Virus record (IMG/VR): IMGVR_UViG_3300047446_000164
Span: 1,868-65,867 of that record
Source of the DNA: a virus
Lineage: Duplodnaviria; Caudoviricetes
Direction: 5' to 3' (one strand)
DNA length: 64,000 nucleotides
Shown piece by piece: positions 9,101-17,720 of the stretch; position 1 is the first letter of the stretch, and the number at the start of each line of letters is the position of its first letter. A program made the translations under genes and the position numbers. The notes under the pieces are model-generated. The model was not told the origin of the DNA, did not search any database, and worked only from the letters and a program-made list of their open reading frames with translations.

Positions 9101-11154
9101 CCAGCCAAGTACTTGTTCGTCGCGTCTTCCGAGGCGGATGCGATTGCGTCCTTTCGAAGAAATTCTTTCGCATCCAGCAAATTGACCTCGCTCTGAGACT
9201 TCGCATCGGCAGCGGCGCGCTTGGCCTCGATGTCGTTGATCTGCTTTGCGTGTTTGGCGGCCTCAGCCTCGGTCGAGTTGTGGTATGCCTTTAGATCGGC
9301 GATCTGCTTGGTGTAGGCATCGATTTGATCTTTGCCGGCAGCGATGGCGTAGTCGCGCTTATTGCGGTAGAACTCATCGTCGCCCATCTTCCCAGCCGCA
9401 TGAAAGGCGTCGTCCATCTTGGACATCGAGTCGTACATCTCTTTTTCGGCGTTGACCACGTCTTGGATGCGCGCGAGCCGGTCGGCCAGCTCGGTGCTCT
9501 CGACCTTGTCGACCTTCGCCTTCGGCTCCCGGCCTTCGGTATCGCGGTACGTGGGAGTGCCGACATAGACTGACTTCGCCAGCGCCGCCTGCGCCGCCTG
9601 CTGCGCCTCGATGGACTTGCCGGCATTGGCCAGCAGTAGTGCGGTGGCCTTAGCGGCGTAGTCCTGGTCGATCTTCAGCCGCGCGTCTGCTTCTGCCTTG
9701 TGCTTCGCTGTCATCGCTGCCGAGCGAACGTCGTAGGCCTTCTGAAACTTGTCCTCGCCAGCCAGAATTGCCTCCTTCTCCTCGGCGAACAGCTGAACAT
9801 TGGCGGCTACGGCGGCGCGCTGCTTTGCATAGGCGGCAGCCTGTTTGTCCGTGTCGAAGCCTGCGGCTGCCACATCTCGCGCATACTGAGCAATGATGGA
9901 AGCAGAAGTGGAGGCGTATCCCGCGCCGACGGCGAGCAGCTTTACCGCTCCCAAGGCGTTGTTCACGTTGTCAGCGATCGTCACGAAGACTTGCGTGATT
10001 CCGTGCCCCCACTCCTGCAGCTGGTTATTGCGCGACAGGTCGCTGACCTCTTTGTTCGCATCCTTCAGGCTGTCAGTCAACGCCATGACGCCAACCGTCA
10101 AGGCCTCGTTGAATGTCTCACCCAGGACCGTCTTCAAATCTTCGGTGTAGCGCTGCATCGACTTGAGCTGCTTGCCAGCTGTATCCATCGACGCCTCGTA
10201 GGTGCCGGCGATATCGGCGCCATGCTCGATGACGGCATTCAGGCGAGCCTGTACACGTTCGTTCTCCGTCAGTTCTTTAGTGCTCTTACCGAGCGAGTCC
10301 GCCATTTGCTCGTATGCCGATTGCAGGTTGACGTTGATACCGATATTGCGCAGAATCAGGACGTTGCCGCGTGAGATGCCGTTCACCAGGCGGTCGAACG
10401 CTTCGGATGAATTCAGATTGCCGATCACGGCCGCATCTTGGGCGATGCGCGCAAGGCCGGTCGCATTCGCCAAATCCACGTGCGCCTGTACAAGCTTGAT
10501 GGCCGACTGGCGCGACTCAATCATCGTGATGCCTTGGCGCGCGATTGCATCGGTCGCGGTGTCCATCTGAACCTTGGTGTAACCGGCATTCTTGCCGACG
10601 ACGGTCGACACGACGCCCAGCGTCTCGTATCGTGCGGCGAGTAGCGCTGCGTCCTTGACGTACTCGCCCAGCTTCAACGCGCTGTACGCGGCGGCGAGCA
10701 CCTTGATCGAATCAGCGAAGAAATTGCTCTGCTTCGCGGCTTCTGCTTTCGCGTCGGCGAGCGCCTTGATCTGGTCCTCGTAAGCCTTCAGCTTAGCCAC
10801 GGAAGCCTCGGCCTCCTTCGAGACGCCCAGCTGCGCGGCCTGGTATGCAGCCAACTGCGAGCGGCTCATGCCCAGCACGGCTACTTGCTCCTGCAGCTTG
10901 TCGATGAATATTTGTGCGCCGATCGAGGCGGCGCTTGTCGACGTTCCCATGGCGGTGTTGGCTGCAGCGGCGGCGCGCGCCTGCTCAGCCTGGGCGCGCA
11001 TGATCTTGCTAGTGTCAGCCATCTGGCCGTTCAGCGATCGCGCACCCTGGTCGGCTTTCGCGCTGGCGTCAGCGAACTGGTCGAGAGCTTTCTTGCCGTC
11101 AACGACTTGTGACGAGTCGATTTGCAGACCAAGGCTGGCGATATCTGGCATCAC
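6121..11154 (-). CDS. Tape measure protein
   Basis: 1677 aa, Ala-rich helical, N-terminal DIASLGLQIDSSQV, follows the tail chaperones. Confidence 0.95.
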   Translation of the reverse strand: MMPDIASLGLQIDSSQVVDGKKALDQFADASAKADQGARSLNGQMADTSKIMRAQAEQARAAAAANTAMGTSTSAASIGAQIFIDKLQEQVAVLGMSRSQLAAYQAAQLGVSKEAEASVAKLKAYEDQIKALADAKAEAAKQSNFFADSIKVLAAAYSALKLGEYVKDAALLAARYETLGVVSTVVGKNAGYTKVQMDTATDAIARQGITMIESRQSAIKLVQAHVDLANATGLARIAQDAAVIGNLNSSEAFDRLVNGISRGNVLILRNIGINVNLQSAYEQMADSLGKSTKELTENERVQARLNAVIEHGADIAGTYEASMDTAGKQLKSMQRYTEDLKTVLGETFNEALTVGVMALTDSLKDANKEVSDLSRNNQLQEWGHGITQVFVTIADNVNNALGAVKLLAVGAGYASTSASIIAQYARDVAAAGFDTDKQAAAYAKQRAAVAANVQLFAEEKEAILAGEDKFQKAYDVRSAAMTAKHKAEADARLKIDQDYAAKATALLLANAGKSIEAQQAAQAALAKSVYVGTPTYRDTEGREPKAKVDKVESTELADRLARIQDVVNAEKEMYDSMSKMDDAFHAAGKMGDDEFYRNKRDYAIAAGKDQIDAYTKQIADLKAYHNSTEAEAAKHAKQINDIEAKRAAADAKSQSEVNLLDAKEFLRKDAIASASEDATNKYLAGLDQEAKKLEESNAAHETSRGAVERKTVDLYDQAIAYQKVFMAQQAANGATAEEIAQAPVILKTLEDQRAAHARIAAGLDQQQSLQYKDKAADQAIKDWQRAGQSISESLTTAFGEGGKALGGMFQAYAKGMEGQLRAQKELATAKKLAADDPDKIAAINRAQLAGAQSQIQGYAGMTAAAQGFFSEGSRGYQAMHAATVALQGAEVALSLIKGVNAVLTQGEGDPYSAFVRMAAMAAIVTGLGVAISGGGGGGGGQSAADVQKAQGTGSVFGDSSAKSDSVRRSIEQLTANSSDMLPINQGMLTALQNIESSMTGLTNLVVRTTGLTDGANMGIQTGTIATGGAVALAGSAQLGSMIGGALAGPLGVWIGGAIGGAVSKLWGKTTQNIVDSGLQYGGSVRSLQAGQGFDQYASIDTTKSSFFGLSKSTSNRVEVQGLNDELSKQFGLIFTNLDKSLQAAATAMGGSAADVTKVLDNLTLESTKVSLKGLTGTALTDALNSVISKSMDEIAEAAFPQLDQFRTVGEGYAETVMRLAGDYAKLDSILAASSTTFGATGMASIAAREHLIELAGGIDQLASQTNSFTQNFLSKAEQLAPVQKYVTDQLAAMGLQSLDTRDKFKDYVLGLANSGALATDAGAQQYTALLALADAFAKTHAATVDLTKSEQEITDERTDLQNKLDELTMTQAQLADKARAAIDGHNQALYDQVTAAQKAADVATANADYQEQIDQILAARQGESAVRALEIAGMDASTVALYDRVAALKAEDAAAAAIKKAQESSAAAMASFGSALADSMKKATEAAAAFRALNDALLIGDSSALNPEQKYLEAKRQFDTADGSNLAAAEKAFLDASKSWFGGSAGYAADFAAVIAKNSQFAAASDAQAAAIPAFWAAIKNQMMGIDGSHANGLDFVPFNGYRAELHYGERVQTAAAVRSGDAAAERTNALLEEVLTELRADKAQRGAVGEATIEKIDKLADKMDAQKRVTRTKEAA

Positions 11155-11510
11155 TTTTCCTTCTTGTATTGGTGCGACAGGTACAGCTCGTCGAGCTGGT
11201 CGATGACACTGTTTTCAAACGGGGTGAAGGAGATGCCCTGACGGGCGCACCAGCAGAGGACCTCTTCGCTGGTGATGGGGCATGGCCCCATGCCGCTTTG
11301 CCGTTTCCGGCTGAGCTTCAGGAACCAGTCCCAGATGTAAGCGAGCTCGAACGGCAAGTAGGGCGCCGCCGGCGCTTCTTCCGCCTTGTAGAGCGGGTGG
11401 CGCTTGGCGGCGTCGACGTGATCGCCGACGGAGTTGCCGTCGGCGGCCTTGCTTAGCCGTTCGAACTGGTGGTCGGCGAAGGCAACGAGCCCGGCGACGA
11501 GACTTTCAAA
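11151..11510 (-). CDS. Tail assembly chaperone, frameshifted C-terminal part (gpT-like)
   Basis: The -1 frame is open from the slippery site through FESLVAGL...PFELAYIWDWF to the stop at 11151. Confidence 0.85.
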   Translation of the reverse strand, partial: FESLVAGLVAFADHQFERLSKAADGNSVGDHVDAAKRHPLYKAEEAPAAPYLPFELAYIWDWFLKLSRKRQSGMGPCPITSEEVLCWCARQGISFTPFENSVIDQLDELYLSHQYKKEK

Positions 11511-11947
11511 AAATTGGCGTCAACCTCCAGCGCCGCGTTCACCTTGTCTTCCCAGGTTGGGTATTTGGCGAACGCCGTGGCGACCAGCTTTTTGTCGAAC
11601 GGCACCGGCACGCCGGCGCTGGTGAAGCCGTACCAGTCGACGACGACGGACAGCGCCAGACGAGTGGCGTTGCCGTCGATGACGTCGACCAGCTTGCTCG
11701 CGCCTTCGTCGGTCTTGGCGTCGATCGCGGTTTTGCGCACAGCGGATTTTTTGTAGCCTTCGGCGCGCACAGAATGGCTCTCGGCCTGGTATTGGGGGCT
11801 GTTCTTGCCCACGATGACGAAGCCGGCGGTGGCGTTGCCGTCCTCGTCGAACAGCACGTCGACCTTGTGGGTAGCCGGCGCAGTGTCGATGGCGGTCAGA
11901 TTGGCGATATCGAAACCGATAGCGGCGATGGTTTGAGCAGTGTTCAT
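11453..11947 (-). CDS. Tail assembly chaperone (gpG-like)
   Basis: Between the major tail and tape measure genes; ends ..DANFLK.. over a slippery site. Confidence 0.85.
   Translation of the reverse strand: MNTAQTIAAIGFDIANLTAIDTAPATHKVDVLFDEDGNATAGFVIVGKNSPQYQAESHSVRAEGYKKSAVRKTAIDAKTDEGASKLVDVIDGNATRLALSVVVDWYGFTSAGVPVPFDKKLVATAFAKYPTWEDKVNAALEVDANFLKVSSPGSLPSPTTSSNG
11507..11513 (-). other. Programmed -1 ribosomal frameshift heptamer T TTT TTG
   Basis: GCC AAT TTT TTG; the -1 frame joins the gpT-like ORF. Confidence 0.85.
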
Positions 11948-12073
11948 GGTGTTGCCTTTCTTCGCGGGTAAAGAGGTGCCCGTGCCGGCCGCTGCGCCCG
12001 CGAAGGCGACAGCGACCGGTCGGTACTGGGGTGGCTTACGCCAAAGTGGAATGCCGGCGGCGCCGACGGTGGT

Positions 12074-13279
12074 TTACAGAGTACTGTCTTGGATCGACAG
12101 CGTGGTTTGCTCGTGCTGGGCGTCGGTGCCCTTGTAGCGCAGCACATCGAACTGGCAGGTGATGATCTTGTTCTTCTCGCCGTCATCCACCTTGGCGGAT
12201 GTGATCTTGACACGGCCCATGGCCAGCGCCATGACGTCCGCCAGCGGTGCATTGCTCGCCGCCATTGCGTACGCCAGAGAGATCTCCTGATCGTTCTTGA
12301 AATAGTCGAGGTAGGTACTATCCTGCATCAGCACGGTGAATTGGCCGCTGCCGATCACCTTGCCGCGCGACGCCGCGGTGGCGAACTTCGAGCCGATAAC
12401 CGGATCGATCTTCACCTGGCCATCCATCGAGATCGACATCCCGGTGCAGATCTGCGATGGGATACCGTTGACAGAGAGCAGCGCCGTGGCGCCCGAAAAC
12501 TTGCCGCCCACCGGAGTGGCGGCCGCAGCGGCGAAGTACGCCGCAGCCAGGGTCGGGTCTTCCTTCTTGCCCATGAAGGTAAAGTCGCAGCTGGTCAGAC
12601 CGTTCGGTTGAACCGCCATGTCCATCTTGCTGACCAGTTGATCGACGAAAGTGCGGAACACGGTCACATCGGGCTGCTGAATCTCGGCGGTGAACCAGTC
12701 GGTGGTGTGGCCGGTCAGCGGCGTATAGGTGCGCTTGCCGGGGGCGGCGAGAGCGACGTTGTCGCCGGCCGCTTTCACAACAACCGCGCTGCCGTCCAGG
12801 TATTGGCCAGTGATCTTCAACGCGGTTACGGCGGTGACGAAGAAGTTTCTGGCGTTGTTGGCTGCGGCCGGCGCCGTGAAGCCGGTTACGCGCACCACCG
12901 TGCCGGCGCGATGCCCGTCAGCTAGGAACGAGCCGGCGGTCCGGGTGAAGCCGTCGGCGACCGAGGCGATGGTGACAGCTGCGGCCGTGGTGCCGGCGGC
13001 GGTCCAGTCGCGGCGCATCAGCGCCGCCATCAGCACCGAATACGTCGCGCAGGATGCCTCGCCCTTGATGTCGCCGCTGACGCGGAAGTTGCCCAGGCGG
13101 GTATCGCCCTGCTGCTGGCTCGGGTCAATCTCGTTAGAGGAGTACTTGTCGGCGTCGGTATCGAACGACGCGGTGACGCGCGGATAGAGCTGGCCGGCGC
13201 CGACCAGCGCCTTGGTGCCTTCGGCGGTTTGCTTGCCGAGCACCAGCAGGGTATTGATGCCATTTGCGGTAGCGGACAT
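12074..13279 (-). CDS. Major tail (tube) protein
   Basis: About 401 aa, GAAAGG RBS, upstream of the chaperones. Confidence 0.85.
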   Translation of the reverse strand: MSATANGINTLLVLGKQTAEGTKALVGAGQLYPRVTASFDTDADKYSSNEIDPSQQQGDTRLGNFRVSGDIKGEASCATYSVLMAALMRRDWTAAGTTAAAVTIASVADGFTRTAGSFLADGHRAGTVVRVTGFTAPAAANNARNFFVTAVTALKITGQYLDGSAVVVKAAGDNVALAAPGKRTYTPLTGHTTDWFTAEIQQPDVTVFRTFVDQLVSKMDMAVQPNGLTSCDFTFMGKKEDPTLAAAYFAAAAATPVGGKFSGATALLSVNGIPSQICTGMSISMDGQVKIDPVIGSKFATAASRGKVIGSGQFTVLMQDSTYLDYFKNDQEISLAYAMAASNAPLADVMALAMGRVKITSAKVDDGEKNKIITCQFDVLRYKGTDAQHEQTTLSIQDSTL

Positions 13280-13327
13280 GTGGAGCCTTTCGGAAAAGAA
13301 AAAGGCCATCACATGGATGGCCGGAAT

Positions 13328-13352
13328 GAAAAAGCCGCCCTGCGGCGGCTTC
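13328..13352 (-). terminator. Rho-independent terminator
   Basis: GAAGCCGCC GCA GGGCGGCTTTTTC on the minus strand. Confidence 0.7.
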
Positions 13353-13357
13353 AGTGG

Positions 13358-13771
13358 TTATTCGGTGAAAATGTCGGCGTGCCAGCGCACCCGGCAGGTT
13401 TGCCGCCAGCGCCCCTCCTCCGGCGCACCGGCGGCAATCTCAGGTGTCTTGTCGATCTGGACCTCGACGCCGCCGTCACTGAACACGGCGCCGCGCTTGA
13501 ACAGGGCGCGGATTTGCTCGGCGCGCATTGCGCAGTCCAAGGTGCCGACCAGCAGCGGGTATTGCAGGTTGATCTGGAAGACGCCCGCCTCGCGGTGGAA
13601 GGGCTGGCCAATCACCGGGTTGCTCGGCTCCGCCACCAGCAGATAAGCCTCGCAATACGGCAGACCGTCTTGCGGCTCATAGCGCTCGCCGTTCTCATGC
13701 ACGATGTCGATCGCTGGCGCGAGGCTGCCCAGCGCATCTTCCAGCGCGTTTCGGATATTCGGAATGCTCAT
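13358..13771 (-). CDS. Tail terminator-like protein (DUF4128-like)
   Basis: GVFQINLQYP motif and position. Confidence 0.7.
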   Translation of the reverse strand: MSIPNIRNALEDALGSLAPAIDIVHENGERYEPQDGLPYCEAYLLVAEPSNPVIGQPFHREAGVFQINLQYPLLVGTLDCAMRAEQIRALFKRGAVFSDGGVEVQIDKTPEIAAGAPEEGRWRQTCRVRWHADIFTE

Positions 13772-14358
13772 AGTGAATAGGTCTTGAAGCCCTGTGCGAA
13801 GTCGGCGGCGCTCGTGCCGGCGCGGATCCCGTTGACCACGTTGTCTACGATCACCTGCCACTCGACCACGGTCAGCGCCACGATGCCCAGCGGCGCCTGC
13901 TTCGACCAGCCCTGCTCCAGGCGCACCGCGTAGGGCATGTTGTTTCGAAAATGAATCACGTCGCCAGCCTTCGCCGCGGCGATGATCGCCTTATGCGCTT
14001 CGATCGTGATGTTGCCGCTCGGGTCCACTACGGTACCCAGGGAGTTGTCCGGCGAGCCGATCGACACCATCCAGGCGCCACGGAACCGGCCGCCAACGTA
14101 CCCCGCGCCAGACGTGCGGTATGTCGACGCCCCCTTGCTCATGAAGCCCAGTTGCCAGTTTGCCTTCGGCCCAGCCGCGCTGAACTTACCGAACACTTTT
14201 GGCTTGTTCGGATTTACCTTCCACGTCGTGGGATCGCCGACCGGCGAGCGGTACATCAGCTTGCCATCCACGGCAAGCGCGCAATATCGCACGGCCGTGT
14301 CGAGGTCGCCCTTGGTCTTGTCCACCCAGGCACGAATCTGTAGCGCGAATGACGTCAT
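13768..14358 (-). CDS. HK97 gp10-like tail completion protein
   Basis: SPVGDP, GGRFRGAW, NNMPYAVRLEQGWSKQAP motifs. Confidence 0.8.
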   Translation of the reverse strand: MTSFALQIRAWVDKTKGDLDTAVRYCALAVDGKLMYRSPVGDPTTWKVNPNKPKVFGKFSAAGPKANWQLGFMSKGASTYRTSGAGYVGGRFRGAWMVSIGSPDNSLGTVVDPSGNITIEAHKAIIAAAKAGDVIHFRNNMPYAVRLEQGWSKQAPLGIVALTVVEWQVIVDNVVNGIRAGTSAADFAQGFKTYSL

Positions 14359-14741
14359 CAGATCCGCGCCACCAGCTGCCACAGCACGACCACGCCACCC
14401 GGCGCGACCTTGTCGATATTCTTTACCTTGTAGGTGACGGCGCCGGCAAGCACCAGGTCGTCTTCCTTCATCGTCGGCAGCGCCGTCCCAGCATCGTCCA
14501 GCGCGGACATCAGGATCTTGCGGTCGCCGGACTTGATCAGCGTGCCGTTGATCGTGCCGACGCCCAGGTCGTGCGCAGTGACGCCGGTTTCGATTCCCCA
14601 TGCCTGCTTAATGATCGGTACGCCCGGGATCTGAGCGCCGCCGACGTAGGTGCCCGGCTGCTTAAAAGTTAGCGTCAGCAGCTGGCCGGACCGGCGCAAG
14701 GCCTTGTCGGTGCTCTTTGCTTTGGCGGCGTAGTTGCTCAT
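14358..14741 (-). CDS. Head-tail joining / closure protein
   Basis: GTLIKSGDRKI motif and position. Confidence 0.7.
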   Translation of the reverse strand: MSNYAAKAKSTDKALRRSGQLLTLTFKQPGTYVGGAQIPGVPIIKQAWGIETGVTAHDLGVGTINGTLIKSGDRKILMSALDDAGTALPTMKEDDLVLAGAVTYKVKNIDKVAPGGVVVLWQLVARI

Positions 14742-15112
14742 GACTTCGTTTCCAGGTAATCATGCGGCGGCGTCTTCTGGAAGCGCATTGCCCTGATGGT
14801 GGTCTTGCCATCGATCAGCGCGCGCAGCACGCGGTGCCAGCCATCCATGATGAAGCCCTTCTCGCAAAGTATGATCGGGTAGCTGGTGTCGACATCCAGC
14901 GCGCGGCGCATGTGAAACGCCATCCCGAACGCTGAACCTTCAGCTGGCCAGACCTCGGCGCCGAGGTAAATTGCGGCCAGCGGCAGATCAAACGGGACCA
15001 GATCCTTGGCATGCGAGATCAGGTTGGTCACAGTCCACACCTTGCCGTCGGCCGAGTAAGTGTTTTCGTGCACGGCGCATCCGCCGATCTGCACCACGGG
15101 GTAGCCGCTCAT
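14738..15112 (-). CDS. Small ParB/Srx-fold-like protein
   Basis: PIIL....IMDGWHRV motif. Confidence 0.55.
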   Translation of the reverse strand: MSGYPVVQIGGCAVHENTYSADGKVWTVTNLISHAKDLVPFDLPLAAIYLGAEVWPAEGSAFGMAFHMRRALDVDTSYPIILCEKGFIMDGWHRVLRALIDGKTTIRAMRFQKTPPHDYLETKS

Positions 15113-15612
15113 CCACGCACCAATCGTCCGGAAGTGCCCGAGCCGCACAGGTACGGCGCCAGCATGCCGTCGACGGCCGTGTAGCGAGGCCGCTCGGGTG
15201 AGCCGTCTTCATAGATCGTGGTGAGCGGGCCGACGGTGTCCTGCTTTATGGCGCGCTCGAGATCCGGCATCAGTTCAGTTCCGCCGGCGGCACGCACGGC
15301 CAGATCGATACACGCATTCACCACATCGGTCGGCACAACGGTGCTCAGCACCGGGAAGCCGTCAACAACCACATTCCAACGCGGCCAGTCCAGCGCCTGC
15401 GTCTGGTAGACGCGGCGGCCCGCCCAACGGCTCCGGAACGTCGCCAGCATGAACTGGGTCGCGTTGCGCAGCGCCACTTCCTTGTCGGCGTCCGCGCGCG
15501 GCGCCCAGTCGGTGACGCCCAAAGCGGCGCAGCGTGTATCAGCCTGCGCTACACTGGCGTAGCTATCGGCATTCGGCAGGCCGGCGCCGGTTTCGATAGT
15601 CAGCATGGTCAA
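15109..15612 (-). CDS. Head-tail connector (DnaT-like family)
   Basis: ETGAGLPNADSYASV, QALDWPR, VGPLTTIY motifs. Confidence 0.8.
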   Translation of the reverse strand: MTMLTIETGAGLPNADSYASVAQADTRCAALGVTDWAPRADADKEVALRNATQFMLATFRSRWAGRRVYQTQALDWPRWNVVVDGFPVLSTVVPTDVVNACIDLAVRAAGGTELMPDLERAIKQDTVGPLTTIYEDGSPERPRYTAVDGMLAPYLCGSGTSGRLVRG

Positions 15613-17171
15613 GCCAGTCCGAATTTAGTGCGATTGTCATAAGCAAACTGCGCGACGGCTTCGTGTCCAGGCTCGTTCAAGTGGATGACGTCGACCGTGG
15701 TGCCGTCTGCCTTTTTGGTTAGGAACTCAGGGCGCATGGCGTTGGTAGTGATGTCCGCTGCGACGATGGCGCGCGCGTCGAGCACGGCCACGCCAGAGGC
15801 GGCCAGTTTGTCGCAGTAAGCCTGGACCAGATTGAAACAGGCCAAGTCCTGGCCTTGTCCAGCCCACGGGCGCACGATGATGATCTTCACGTTGCGCGCG
15901 GCCGCCATGGCGATCAGTTGAGACGTCCGCGCCAGCGCTGGCGGTACCGAAGCAACACCGTCTGGTGCTTCGTTCACGGACCAAGGCATCACCAGCAGGT
16001 GCGTGATACCGCCGGTCAACAGGCAGTTGTAGGCGCGATTGTGGAAGAGCAGCGACTTGTTACCGTATTGGCAAAGAGCCGTGTACGAGGCAATGCCGCC
16101 GCCGTCGATGATCTTCTGCACCAAGCGCCGCGCCCAGCCGTTGATAGTGCCGCCCCATTGAGGCACTGCCGTAGTCTGAACCCAGCCCTGCATGATCGAA
16201 TCGCCAGCACCAGCGATGGACTGGCAGAGTTTCCCGCGCAGCTGGAACAGCATGTCATACGACGGGATGCTGCTTTGCACCGGCGGCGTGCTCGGCGTGC
16301 TGCCGGTATAGTCAGCGGCCCAGTAGCCCGACATGTAGTCAGGGTCGATTTGCGTCCACGGATTGGCATTGCCGTTGTTGGATTGCGCAACGCCGATGAC
16401 GGCGGGAGGATTCGTGCCCCAGATGCGCGTCATGATCAGCGGGCGCCGGTTCGGGAAGTCCGTGCGCGGTAGGGATTTGCAGGGAATCCAATCGGTCTGG
16501 AGCATGCCCTCGATCAGCGTGAAGTCCGCGTTTTGGCCGGAGGTGCCGGTAACGACGCCAGTCGGTGCACCGCCCCCGGTATTGCGGAAGTCGGTCAGAT
16601 TGGTACTACCGAACGTACCGACAATCGGCGCAATGACCGCGCCGGTCGCATCGACAGGATGGAAACCGTCGTTATATGCAGCCGACGGCGAAACACCGAC
16701 CTTGAACGCATTTTCCGGCACCGATGCGGCCCCGGTCAGGACAACTTTGACGGCGTCGTAGTGCTCTGGCGCCTGCCGGATCTCATGCATGCACGCGTTG
16801 ACGGTCGCGTTGCTGACCACGCCGTAGATGCGCTGACGGGCGATTGTGCTCAACGGTGGCGGCGTTGAAGCCGGCGTTGCAGCAGCGGCAGCCGTCGGTA
16901 CATTCAGCACCGCATCCTGCATGGTGGCGTCGATAGAACCGGCAGAGCATGTCAACATTATTTTCTGCGAGTTCGCGTATGGTCCGATGGGCGCCGGCGC
17001 GCCGGTACCAACTGCCCACGTCTTCGCAGAGTTGGTGCCGCCCAGCACCGGGTCCAGCAGGTAGGCCATGCCTACCGCGCCAGCCGCGCCATTCAGGATC
17101 AGCGCCTTACCCTCAGGCAGCGTGATGGTCTTGGCGGACTCGCCTACTTTGATCGTGGTGGTCTGGGACAT
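15609..17171 (-). CDS. Virion-associated protein with C-terminal SGNH/GDSL hydrolase
   Basis: AGDSI (block I), VNE (block III), DVIHLN (block V); located in the head module. Confidence 0.75.
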   Translation of the reverse strand: MSQTTTIKVGESAKTITLPEGKALILNGAAGAVGMAYLLDPVLGGTNSAKTWAVGTGAPAPIGPYANSQKIMLTCSAGSIDATMQDAVLNVPTAAAAATPASTPPPLSTIARQRIYGVVSNATVNACMHEIRQAPEHYDAVKVVLTGAASVPENAFKVGVSPSAAYNDGFHPVDATGAVIAPIVGTFGSTNLTDFRNTGGGAPTGVVTGTSGQNADFTLIEGMLQTDWIPCKSLPRTDFPNRRPLIMTRIWGTNPPAVIGVAQSNNGNANPWTQIDPDYMSGYWAADYTGSTPSTPPVQSSIPSYDMLFQLRGKLCQSIAGAGDSIMQGWVQTTAVPQWGGTINGWARRLVQKIIDGGGIASYTALCQYGNKSLLFHNRAYNCLLTGGITHLLVMPWSVNEAPDGVASVPPALARTSQLIAMAAARNVKIIIVRPWAGQGQDLACFNLVQAYCDKLAASGVAVLDARAIVAADITTNAMRPEFLTKKADGTTVDVIHLNEPGHEAVAQFAYDNRTKFGLA

Positions 17172-17194
17172 TGGCTATCTCGGCGGTGGAATTG

Positions 17195-17218
17195 AAAAAG
17201 CCCGCACGCGGCGGGCTG
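17195..17218 (-). terminator. Rho-independent terminator
   Basis: GCCCGCCGCGTGCGGGC followed by a T run. Confidence 0.75.
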
Positions 17219-17237
17219 GAGGTGGAGCGAGGCGTGA

Positions 17238-17666
17238 CTACGCGGCGGTCAGCAGCGCGATCAGCTCAGCCTTGTTTGCAGCGGCCGGGAACTGAGTGCC
17301 TTTCGCATTGAGCGCGGCGTGCAGCTCGTCCTTGGACATGGTGCTGTAGTCCGGCGGGGTGACGCCTGCGCCAGGGGCGCTCAGCGCGGCTCGCTCGGCT
17401 GCCAAGCGCTGAGCCTCGGCTTCGTTGGCGGAGGCCAGGTCGTTCAGGCGGTCGCGCTCGACGGCAAGTTCACGCTCGCGCTCCAGCAGCTGGTCGCGTG
17501 CGGCCAGCAATTCCGCCATGGTGGGCAAGCGCCCGGGCGCGGTGTCATCGTCGGTACCGTCGTCGTACTTCTCATGCACTTCTGGGTTGAAGTCAGCGCG
17601 CTCGATGATGACGTACGGGCCTTGGCTCGCTGGGTGGCTGGAATGGACTTTGATGGTGGTGGTCAT
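17238..17666 (-). CDS. Capsid-associated protein with C-terminal HeH/LEM-like domain
   Basis: MSKDELHAALNAKGTQFPAAANKAELIALL; follows the capsid gene. Confidence 0.65.
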   Translation of the reverse strand: MTTTIKVHSSHPASQGPYVIIERADFNPEVHEKYDDGTDDDTAPGRLPTMAELLAARDQLLERERELAVERDRLNDLASANEAEAQRLAAERAALSAPGAGVTPPDYSTMSKDELHAALNAKGTQFPAAANKAELIALLTAA

Positions 17667-17720
17667 GTTTTTCTCGCAGTTGGCCCGGCGCCGTGCTAGC
17701 CGCCGGGCGTCGTTGTTGGA

